DNA of 64,000 nucleotides, from the IMG/VR virus record IMGVR_UViG_3300021326_000217, positions 8,688-72,687 of that record. The stretch is one strand, 5' to 3'. Position numbers and translations under genes: made by a program. Under the pieces are notes generated by a model. It ran no database searches, was not told where the DNA came from, and saw only the letters and a list, made by a program, of their open reading frames with translations. Positions 53,041-61,142 of the stretch are shown here, one piece after another. Source of the DNA: a virus. Taxonomy: Duplodnaviria; Caudoviricetes. Every line of letters starts with the position of its first letter. The stretch's first letter is position 1.

Positions 53041-53103
53041 ATAAGTTTTTGAAAATTTTTTTATTTTTTGGTACAAAAAAAAGTGAGAACGGTTAATTCT
53101 CAC

Positions 53104-53463
53104 TTAATAATCTTCGTTATCTTTAGGTTTGTGTAATGTAGTTTTTATTTGTGAAACTATCTGCATTATCGATTCTATCTCAGTTGGCGAGCAATCATCG
53201 AGAAGCTCTGAAAACTCTCGTTTATATATGCTATTCACCTCAGGAATATCAGAACGCAATATTAAATCTGCAGAAACCTGAAGAGCCTCCACAATCTTTG
53301 CAAAAGTAGTAAGCCATATATTACTCTTGCCTAATTCAATATCACTTACATTGGAAGGTGAAATATGTGCAGTAAAAGCAAGGTCGTTTTGTGTCATTCC
53401 TTTTGATAGACGTATTTCTCGTATTCTCTTTCCTATTTCTTTTAAAGCTGTTTTATCATCCAT
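53104..53463 (-). CDS. XRE-family HTH regulator
   Basis: IGKRIREIRLSKGMTQNDLA...SDIELGK; the ORF track start is 53517 but ATG 53463 is more plausible. Confidence 0.85.
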   Translation of the reverse strand: MDDKTALKEIGKRIREIRLSKGMTQNDLAFTAHISPSNVSDIELGKSNIWLTTFAKIVEALQVSADLILRSDIPEVNSIYKREFSELLDDCSPTEIESIMQIVSQIKTTLHKPKDNEDY

Positions 53464-53602
53464 GCTTAAAACCTCATATATCCAATCGACTATATTTAAA
53501 GTATATTTTATCATCAAGTGGCGGTGTGCGGAACAGTTAAGTGGCTGTATTTCAGCCGATAAGGTATAATTATAGTGAATATTTTTTTAGGAGGTTACAA
53601 TA

Positions 53603-53959
53603 ATGGCACTTAATTACACAATTATCGGCAAACGAATCAAGGAGATCCGCAAGAAAAAACATCTGACACAGGAAAAGTTTTCAGAAATCATCGACAAGAC
53701 ACCGAGCTACTTGAGCTACATAGAAACGGGAAAAAAGCAACTCAGTTTGGAAACGCTTGTAGATATCGCAAACGCTCTCAATGTAACTGCAGATTTACTC
53801 CTTTCCTACAATCTTGCATTTTTGGAAAATCCAAAAAATGACCTCGGCTCCATCCTTGACGGTTGTACTGCTTATGAAAAAAGAATAATAGTAGATACCG
53901 CAAAAGCACTAAAACGCTCCCTCAAAGATAACAGTATGTCGCAGGACTTCTTTTATTGA
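53603..53959 (+). CDS. XRE-family HTH regulator (divergent partner)
   Basis: IGKRIKEIRKKKHLTQEKFSE...SYIETGKK..SLETLVDIANAL; SD GGAGG. Confidence 0.88.
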   Translation: MALNYTIIGKRIKEIRKKKHLTQEKFSEIIDKTPSYLSYIETGKKQLSLETLVDIANALNVTADLLLSYNLAFLENPKNDLGSILDGCTAYEKRIIVDTAKALKRSLKDNSMSQDFFY

Positions 53960-54246
53960 ATTATTATATGCAATTTCAAATATAAGCACCATAAACCGTC
54001 AGTCATATATCAAACGGACAGTATAAATACATTTTCACTCTTTTCAATTACAAAAATGCAAAAATGAATTACATTTTCATGAAAACCAATTATGTTTTTG
54101 TAAAATACGAGATTTTCGGGAAGATATATGTTATAATTACGTTGGCTATTCTTATGACTGAACGGCAGTTTGCGAGGGCTCGACAGGTGTTGTATAACAA
54201 AGATATTTTCAAAAGGCACTTCCCTTATAGAGGTAGGTATTTTTAT

Positions 54247-54645
54247 ATGAATGTAAAAGGGATTATCCCTTACTTCAAAGCAATGCATCATTTGGCTAAA
54301 TACGGTTATGACGATTTGGCTGTTTGGGAAACCGCTTCATATTTTATACATACCATGCGTTCTATACTGATAAAGTATAGTGAAACTCGAAGCGGAACGC
54401 CTGTTTTGGTTGAGAACTATCCATTAGGTGTTCCAAAAACCGATGAAGAAAAAAGAATAGTACTTGAAAACAGTCTTAAATGGGAAGCAATTATTAATCG
54501 CATGATTCATCTGTTAGACCTTATGGATGAAGATAATTCCTTATATGACGATTTGGAGTATGGTGAGATTTTTTCAAATATAAATAAGGCTAAAGAGGAA
54601 TTCTTTGGGCTGTTTTCAAAATACTTTTATCACTTATGGGATTAA
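54247..54645 (+). CDS. Hypothetical protein
   Basis: 3' part of ORF 54064..54645; SD-like GAGGT upstream of ATG 54247; start uncertain. Confidence 0.6.
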   Translation: MNVKGIIPYFKAMHHLAKYGYDDLAVWETASYFIHTMRSILIKYSETRSGTPVLVENYPLGVPKTDEEKRIVLENSLKWEAIINRMIHLLDLMDEDNSLYDDLEYGEIFSNINKAKEEFFGLFSKYFYHLWD

Positions 54646-54661
54646 GCAAGGAGGTGTTTTT

Positions 54662-55351
54662 GTGGTATTTATTACTGGAGATATTCACGGCAATCCAACA
54701 AGGATTATTGAATTTGCAAAAAGGTCAGAATTATCCGATAACGATTTAATCGTTATTCTTGGTGACGTGGGAGCAAATTACTTTTTAAACAGAAGAGACA
54801 ACTTGGTAAAAACAGAATTAAATGAAATAGGTGTACCTGTTTTGTGCATACACGGCAACCACGAGATGCGCCCTGCAAATATTCCATCTTACCGTCTGAC
54901 CGAGTGGAATGGCGGCAAGGTGTGGATTGAGGACGAATATCCGCATTTGTTATTTGCTAAAGACGGCGAGATTTATAACATTGAAGGAAACCGTTATATT
55001 GCAATCGGCGGAGCGTACAGCGTAGACAAGTATTACCGTCTGGCTATGAATTACGGATGGTGGGATGACGAACAGCCATCTGAAGAAATTAAACAATATG
55101 TAGAAAAGCAACTTGCAGAGAACGAAATCAACATTGTGCTTTCACATACCTGTCCCCTGAAGTACGAGCCGACAGAGGTTTTTCTTTCGCAGGTCGACCA
55201 ATCAAAGGTTGATAAAAGCACAGAAATATGGCTTGATAAAATCGAGGATAATTTAAAATATATGGCTTGGTTTTGTGGTCATTGGCACACCGATAAACGC
55301 ATTGACAAAATGCACTTTATGTTTGAGGGTTGGGATGCAGTCAAAAAATAA
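54662..55351 (+). CDS. Calcineurin-like metallophosphoesterase 1
   Basis: GDIHG, GDVG, GNHE, SHTCP, GHWH; GTG start after GGAGGTG. Confidence 0.9.
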   Translation: MVFITGDIHGNPTRIIEFAKRSELSDNDLIVILGDVGANYFLNRRDNLVKTELNEIGVPVLCIHGNHEMRPANIPSYRLTEWNGGKVWIEDEYPHLLFAKDGEIYNIEGNRYIAIGGAYSVDKYYRLAMNYGWWDDEQPSEEIKQYVEKQLAENEINIVLSHTCPLKYEPTEVFLSQVDQSKVDKSTEIWLDKIEDNLKYMAWFCGHWHTDKRIDKMHFMFEGWDAVKK

Positions 55352-55373
55352 TTGTTATGAAAGAAGGGAAAAC

Positions 55374-55835
55374 ATGAACTATAAGCGATTAACAGAAAAT
55401 ATGGAGCATATCAGCAGAGCAGATCTTGCAGAGCATTTGGATGAGTATCTTGAAAGAGCAGATAAGGAAAACATCGGTTTTGTAATTACGGATGAAGGAA
55501 AAAATGACCTTGTATTGTGTCCTGCTTCCTGGTTTGGCATAGTAGCCGACAGCGATTTGGAATGCATTATCGGCTGTGCATTAAGATATGCCATAGGGCG
55601 AAATACATATATGCCTGGACTTGTATGTGATTTTATTAAAAAGCATATTGGTGTATTAAGTGAAAACGCTGTGGATGTAATGATTAATGACATTGATAGA
55701 GAGCTTGAAAACAAAATAGAACAAGCTGACGTATGGCAATCTTTAAGGTTGGATTTGGCGCAAAAGCAAAAAGAATTCACTGATATGAATAAAGGGAAAG
55801 AAAATGTTTTATGCAAACCCGAACAGTCACAATAA
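55374..55835 (+). CDS. Protein with an N-terminal Phd/YefM antitoxin-like domain
   Basis: ISRADLAEHLDEYLERADKE...FVITDEGKNDLVL resembles the Phd fold; by-eye call only. Confidence 0.55.
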   Translation: MNYKRLTENMEHISRADLAEHLDEYLERADKENIGFVITDEGKNDLVLCPASWFGIVADSDLECIIGCALRYAIGRNTYMPGLVCDFIKKHIGVLSENAVDVMINDIDRELENKIEQADVWQSLRLDLAQKQKEFTDMNKGKENVLCKPEQSQ

Positions 55836-56385
55836 AGTATTTCATACAGCGGATTGTGGCTTTATAAAGGATAAAACTGTCTGTCAGACTTTTGAAACTG
55901 AGGAGGAAGCTCGTGCAAAAGGGTATCGACAGTGTGACCGCTGTGCCGAAATCACGACCAAGTATATCAACGGAAATCGCAAAATTATGAAAGAGCTATG
56001 CGAAAAGTATAATATGTCAGTTAAACTCTACGATGGTCGGCTGTACGTATTCAAAGGTGAAAGCGGATGGATGATGTTGGTTAATACGAACGGCAATTTG
56101 ATTCTGTTCCACAGGAATGAACGGTCAAAACATAACGTGATTGACACAAAACAATCATCATACCATCGGCAAAATAACAGCCTTAAATCTTTAGAGCGAT
56201 ACTTGCGGTATATTCTACATCATGAAAGCATTGACTTTCAGGAAAAGCGAGCATTGCAAAACATAGAAAAATACGCTCCGCATGGACAAAAATGCAAAAA
56301 AACGTTTAAGAAGAAAAAGAAAGCCATAAAAAAACGTTTCGGGGTCGGGCGAACGATAAAACTTTTGAAGGAACTTAATAATTGA
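55804..56385 (+). CDS. Hypothetical protein with an Ada-like metal-binding N-terminus
   Basis: KVFHTADC...FETEEEARAKGYRQCDRC. Confidence 0.6.
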   Translation: MFYANPNSHNKVFHTADCGFIKDKTVCQTFETEEEARAKGYRQCDRCAEITTKYINGNRKIMKELCEKYNMSVKLYDGRLYVFKGESGWMMLVNTNGNLILFHRNERSKHNVIDTKQSSYHRQNNSLKSLERYLRYILHHESIDFQEKRALQNIEKYAPHGQKCKKTFKKKKKAIKKRFGVGRTIKLLKELNN

Positions 56386-56386
56386 G

Positions 56387-56587
56387 GTGAACTGTATGGC
56401 AATGGTTACTATAACATTTGAGGTCGATTCGGAACTGCTCGAAAAAGCAAAAAAGGTTTTTGAACATTATGGGCTTACGGTTGAGGAAGCCTGTGAATTA
56501 TTTATTATGGAAACAGTACGATGCGGTAAAATTCCGTTTGATTATACAGAGGAAGATCTCAAAGCCGCAAAGAAAGAAGGTTATTAA
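56387..56587 (+). CDS. RelB/DinJ-like antitoxin (RHH)
   Basis: ITFEVDSELLEKAKKVFEHYGLTVEEACELFIMETVRCGKIPFD. Confidence 0.75.
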   Translation: MNCMAMVTITFEVDSELLEKAKKVFEHYGLTVEEACELFIMETVRCGKIPFDYTEEDLKAAKKEGY

Positions 56588-57850
56588 ATGGGAAAAATAA
56601 AATACACTCCGCAAATAAACCACTACATTTTTACTTTAGGTGATAGACAGAATTATTATTCTGATTCCTTATATCAGTATGATAAAAAGGCTTATAAAGA
56701 TATTGATAAAATTTTTGAGCTTCTTGAAAAAATCTCACCTGTGACCGACAACGGGTGTCGTGAATTGTGGTTTAGGGCAGAGCGTGGAAACATTGAGCAG
56801 TGGGCAAAGTACGAAGAGTTATATGAATCAGGAGAGGTTGAAAGCCGTGAAGAGTACGAGGATTTATGGTTATTTCACTGCCCGAAAGAAGTACAGTGGT
56901 ATTACTTTGAGGCGGTGGAAGATAAAGAAATCGGATACAGAGCTATAATTCTTGGTAATAAACCTGTAATTGTAATTGATCCGAAACGGCAAAAAGGCTT
57001 TGAACTAAAAATAAGCGATTTGACAAGTTGGTTGGTTAACCAAATTCAAGATGCAATTGATAAAATGAAAAACGGAACTTACATGGATTATGTTCGTGAC
57101 AACCTGTCACCCGAATGCAAAACAGGAACTATCCTACAAAAATACTTATGGGAAATGTATCCACATATCAAAGAAATGCTATTTGAAGGTTTAACGGATT
57201 CTGACCTTTCAGAGTTTCTGTTACTGGCAGAGGCACAACATCTCGATTGGGATAAGTATACGCCCCGTATGAATTCAATGACTGCAGGTGATTTTTTTCG
57301 TTTTTGTGCTATAGGCTACGAGGCGATGAAATACGATGGGTGCGACAAATCCCCAAAAGAACAATACGTGCTTCATGCTGATGGCAGGGATGATGGTCTT
57401 TTAGAGCTTGACATGGATTCTGCTGATGCTTTTGAGGACTGGCTGACAGGCAATAGAATACATAGCGGACATCCGTTTGAAGTGTGTCGTGGAGGTAATT
57501 CTACTCACATATCTTTATATCCGCATAAAGACGAAAAGGGCTACTGCCTACGATTGGATGGGTCTTCAGAGGCACGGTCTAATGAAACGATGAAGTTTTA
57601 TTTAGCTCTGTGCCGTGCAGAAATTCCCGTCTATCTCGCTGATGCAGACGTCTTGATAGACAGGGTTAAAGGCGAAGAAAAAGTCGGTGTTGTTCCGCAA
57701 GGAATAATTCCGAAGTATAGACAAATGGATTTCCCGAACGAAAGAGTTATATCCTTTATGAATCTGCCCTATGATGATGAAGAAAAAGTGGCTGAAAAAT
57801 GCGTATGGCAGGATATTCGGGATGTGCATTTATTAGCTGAAGAAAAATGA
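56588..57850 (+). CDS. Hypothetical protein (420 aa)
   Basis: ORF track; no recognisable motif. Confidence 0.75.
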   Translation: MGKIKYTPQINHYIFTLGDRQNYYSDSLYQYDKKAYKDIDKIFELLEKISPVTDNGCRELWFRAERGNIEQWAKYEELYESGEVESREEYEDLWLFHCPKEVQWYYFEAVEDKEIGYRAIILGNKPVIVIDPKRQKGFELKISDLTSWLVNQIQDAIDKMKNGTYMDYVRDNLSPECKTGTILQKYLWEMYPHIKEMLFEGLTDSDLSEFLLLAEAQHLDWDKYTPRMNSMTAGDFFRFCAIGYEAMKYDGCDKSPKEQYVLHADGRDDGLLELDMDSADAFEDWLTGNRIHSGHPFEVCRGGNSTHISLYPHKDEKGYCLRLDGSSEARSNETMKFYLALCRAEIPVYLADADVLIDRVKGEEKVGVVPQGIIPKYRQMDFPNERVISFMNLPYDDEEKVAEKCVWQDIRDVHLLAEEK

Positions 57851-57877
57851 CATTAAGTACGGAAAGGTTTTGACGGA

Positions 57878-58570
57878 ATGATATATGTGCTTTCCGATGT
57901 ACACGGAAATCTTAAAAGATTTAATTCAATAATGGGGCAAATAAATCTTCAGGACTCGGACACGCTTTATATTTTGGGTGATGTTATCGACAGATTTCCT
58001 GATGGTATTAAAATCCTTCGGCAAATTATGAAAATGCCTAATGCAAAAATGCTTCTCGGTAACCATGAATATATGATGCTTGAAGCAATTGGCAATCCAA
58101 ACGAAACGGATTTTTATGCGCTGAATTTATGGTACTATAACGGAGGCAAATGCACCCATGATTATTTAAAACACTTACGAAAAGATTTAAGAAAAGAAAT
58201 ATTTGATTATCTCCGTTCACTACCACTTAATATTGATATCGAAATTGAAGGTAAAAAATATAAAATGGTACATGGTTTCCCAAAGGAACGCTTTTTAAAC
58301 AGCGACCATTCCTATAGCTCTGAAACTGAATACACTGTATGGAAAAGGCTTATGCCAGGGCAAATTAATCCCGAAGACTATATTTTAATATTCGGACACA
58401 CACCTACAAGGCATTATCAGAGATGTAAGCCATTAGAGCTATGGTTTGGTGAGAACGTCATTGGCATTGATTGCGGTTGCGGATTTCCCGAAGATAATGA
58501 GTATTCTCGTTATGGAGGAAGACTTGCTTGTTTAAGGCTCGATGACATGGAAGTATTTTATTCAAAATAA
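57878..58570 (+). CDS. Metallophosphoesterase 2, lambda NinI/PrpA-like Ser/Thr phosphatase type
   Basis: SDVHG, LGDVIDR, LGNHE, VHG, FGHTP, IDCG. Confidence 0.9.
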   Translation: MIYVLSDVHGNLKRFNSIMGQINLQDSDTLYILGDVIDRFPDGIKILRQIMKMPNAKMLLGNHEYMMLEAIGNPNETDFYALNLWYYNGGKCTHDYLKHLRKDLRKEIFDYLRSLPLNIDIEIEGKKYKMVHGFPKERFLNSDHSYSSETEYTVWKRLMPGQINPEDYILIFGHTPTRHYQRCKPLELWFGENVIGIDCGCGFPEDNEYSRYGGRLACLRLDDMEVFYSK

Positions 58571-58582
58571 GAAGGTGAACAT

Positions 58583-59146
58583 ATGAGCAAAGTGTTTTTT
58601 ACATCTGATCTTCACTTCGGTCACGAAAACGTGATACATTTTGATAATCGTCCATTTGCTTCCGTTGAAGAAATGGATAATGAGCTTGTACGGCGTTGGA
58701 ACAATAAAGTTGCTAAAGGCGATGTTGTTTACGTTCTTGGTGATATGATATGGAAGTCAAGGAACGATGATGCCGAGGCTTTAATAAAAAGCCTGAACGG
58801 GCAAATTATACTTATTCGGGGTAATCATGACCGCTTTATCAAAAATTCTAAAGCTAAAAATGCTCTTGCAGGGGTGAAGGATTATGATGAGGTTGTTGTA
58901 AAACTCGAAGATGGAACTACCCGTAGGTGCATATTAAGCCATTATTTCATGCCATTTTATAACTGCCACCATTACAAAGCCGTTCATCTGCATGGACATT
59001 CACACAATACTGAAGAGGCTAAAGAAGAATTTGAAATAGCAAAGCGGCTTTCTGAAAAGGGCTTTGTTAATGAAATTTATAATGTTGGGTGTATGTATTG
59101 GGATTATGCACCCGTTACACTTGATGAGATTTTACGCTCGAAATAA
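58583..59146 (+). CDS. Metallophosphoesterase 3 (phage-type)
   Basis: TSDLHFGH, VLGD, GNHD, SHY, HGHSH. Confidence 0.9.
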   Translation: MSKVFFTSDLHFGHENVIHFDNRPFASVEEMDNELVRRWNNKVAKGDVVYVLGDMIWKSRNDDAEALIKSLNGQIILIRGNHDRFIKNSKAKNALAGVKDYDEVVVKLEDGTTRRCILSHYFMPFYNCHHYKAVHLHGHSHNTEEAKEEFEIAKRLSEKGFVNEIYNVGCMYWDYAPVTLDEILRSK

Positions 59147-59152
59147 AATCAG

Positions 59153-59177
59153 CCTGTAATTTTTTACAGGTTTTTTT
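59153..59177 (+). terminator. Intrinsic terminator ending the cargo operon
   Basis: CCTGTAA-TTTT-TTACAGG followed by a T7 run. Confidence 0.7.
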
Positions 59178-59179
59178 AT

Positions 59180-59220
59180 TAGACCGTCAGATTTCACCCG
59201 TTCTCGTGGCTGTATTATGA
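59180..59220 (+). promoter_or_regulatory. 41-bp element (copy B), putative promoter for the sigma-like factor
   Basis: 38/41 identical to 2508-2548. Confidence 0.55.
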
Positions 59221-59248
59221 GAGTACAATTACGGAAAGGGTTTTAATT

Positions 59249-59644
59249 ATGACGGACAGTGAAATCAAAAAAATCAAAGAATTAAAAGAAAAAGGTTGTG
59301 GTTATAAGAAAATCTCTTATGAATTAGGGATACCCATAAACACGGTAAAGTCGTTTTTGAGGCGGCATCAAGGGATAACTCACTTGGATGATGAATCCTC
59401 TTGTTGCAATTGTGGTACGCCCATTGAGCACATCCCCCACCACAAGAAAAAAAGGTTTTGCTCCGATAAATGTAGGATGGCATGGTGGAACTCCCACAAG
59501 AGCAAAATCACAAGAAAATCCGAAAAAGAAGTAGTATGTGCTTTTTGCGGTAAGGTGTTTATGAGTTATCCATCAAAGAAAAGAAAATACTGCTCCTATA
59601 CTTGTAGCATAGCGGCACGAAGAAAGGAGCAGAAAAATGACTGA
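59249..59644 (+). CDS. HTH plus double Zn-finger protein of the recombinase module
   Basis: N-terminal HTH (GYKKISYELGIPINTVKS); CxxC...FCSDKC and CAFC...YCSYTC. Confidence 0.75.
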   Translation: MTDSEIKKIKELKEKGCGYKKISYELGIPINTVKSFLRRHQGITHLDDESSCCNCGTPIEHIPHHKKKRFCSDKCRMAWWNSHKSKITRKSEKEVVCAFCGKVFMSYPSKKRKYCSYTCSIAARRKEQKND

Positions 59645-59795
59645 CATTAAGCAAAAAATAATTGCATACAGACAGGCAATGTCTCTTGCAAATGCAATGC
59701 TTGAAAGAGGCATAATCACTGACGAAGAGTACGCTAAAATTGATAAAATAATGACCAATAAGTACGGCGTATTTTCGTCTACTATATTCCGCTAA
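59637..59795 (+). CDS. Small SHOCT-like protein (52 aa)
   Basis: Own translation ...MLERGIITDEEYAKI...; SD GAAAGGAG; not in the ORF track. Confidence 0.7.
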   Translation: MTDIKQKIIAYRQAMSLANAMLERGIITDEEYAKIDKIMTNKYGVFSSTIFR

Positions 59796-59800
59796 AACGC

Positions 59801-59829
59801 TTGATATAATGCGGCTTTAGAGGTAATAT
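59801..59829 (+). promoter_or_regulatory. sigmaA promoter with the same core as the cassette repeats
   Basis: CTTGATATAATGCGGCTTTAGAGGTAATATGTG: TTGATA-N17-TAATAT. Confidence 0.75.
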
Positions 59830-59855
59830 GTGAGACGAAAACGGAGGTGATCATC

Positions 59856-61142
59856 ATGGATAGAATAATCGAAAAGGTGGAATTTATAACACCTATTGAA
59901 AAGCCTGCGACAAGAGTTGCGGCATACGCTCGTGTTTCAAGTGGAAAAGACGAAATGCTACATTCTCTTTCTGCCCAAGTCAGCTATTACAGTTCTCTAA
60001 TACAAAACCATATAGGTTGGCAGTATTCAGGGGTGTATGCTGACGAAGCAAAAACAGGCACAAAAGACAGCAGACCGAATTTTCAAAGGCTTCTTTCCGA
60101 TTGCAGAGCAGGAAATATTGATGTGGTAATTACAAAATCAATTTCACGATTTGCGAGGAATACCGTATCGCTTTTGAACAGCATACGGGAGTTGAAAGAG
60201 TTGGGAATTGATGTGTACTTTGAAGAACAAAACATTCATACCATAAGCGCAGAAGGTGAGCTTTTAATAACGCTTCTTGCATCTTATGCACAGGAAGAAA
60301 GCCGCTCCGCAAGTGAGAATCAGAAGTGGCGTGTTAATAAGAACTTTCAAGAGGGAATCCCCTGGAATCAGACACTTTACGGATATCGTTTTGAAAAAGA
60401 CCATTTCGTGATTGTTCCAGAAGAAGCTAAGGTTATACGGCTTATTTATGATTTGTATTTGTCAGGTATGGGCTTATATGCAATTGGAAAAGAACTGACG
60501 AATCGTGGCATTTATGCAAAGAAAAACAAGCAATGGAGTAAAACTTCTCTTTACAAAGTACTTTTAAATTATAACTATACAGGAAATCTACTGCTTCAGA
60601 GAACATTCCGCAAGGACTACCTTACCAAAGAAACACTGCAAAATAACGGTGAATTACCCATGTACCATGTCGAGAATTCACATGAAGCCATTATTCCCAT
60701 AGAGAAGTTTAACGAAGTCCAGGAGGAACGAAAACGCAGGACTATTATTGCAAACAGGCAAGCAAGCTCACGAGTTTTCATGCCTTTTTCAGGAAAAGTA
60801 TTCTGCGGCTTATGCGGTAAATCATACAGACGAAAAACCACAGTAACGGGGATAGTATGGATTTGCAAAACTTATAACATTTATGGTAAAGCGGAATGCC
60901 CTTCAAAGCAAATCCCAGAAGAGAAACTCCTATCTCTCATTTCACAGGTAACGAATGATTGTGCTGAAATAAAACGCATTGAAATTATGCCGAACAACAT
61001 TGTGAAATTCACAATGGCTGATAGCTCTGAAAAAGAGCTTATATGGCAAGATCGTTCACGGAGCGAGAGTTGGACACCCGAAATGAAGGAAGCGGCTCGT
61101 AAAAAAACACTTGAAAGGATACAAAAATCATGCAAAGAGTAG
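59856..61142 (+). CDS. Large serine recombinase A (with Zn-ribbon)
   Basis: RVAAYARVSS, YADEAKTG, TKSISRFAR, AQEESRS, CGLCG...C...C. Confidence 0.92.
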   Translation: MDRIIEKVEFITPIEKPATRVAAYARVSSGKDEMLHSLSAQVSYYSSLIQNHIGWQYSGVYADEAKTGTKDSRPNFQRLLSDCRAGNIDVVITKSISRFARNTVSLLNSIRELKELGIDVYFEEQNIHTISAEGELLITLLASYAQEESRSASENQKWRVNKNFQEGIPWNQTLYGYRFEKDHFVIVPEEAKVIRLIYDLYLSGMGLYAIGKELTNRGIYAKKNKQWSKTSLYKVLLNYNYTGNLLLQRTFRKDYLTKETLQNNGELPMYHVENSHEAIIPIEKFNEVQEERKRRTIIANRQASSRVFMPFSGKVFCGLCGKSYRRKTTVTGIVWICKTYNIYGKAECPSKQIPEEKLLSLISQVTNDCAEIKRIEIMPNNIVKFTMADSSEKELIWQDRSRSESWTPEMKEAARKKTLERIQKSCKE

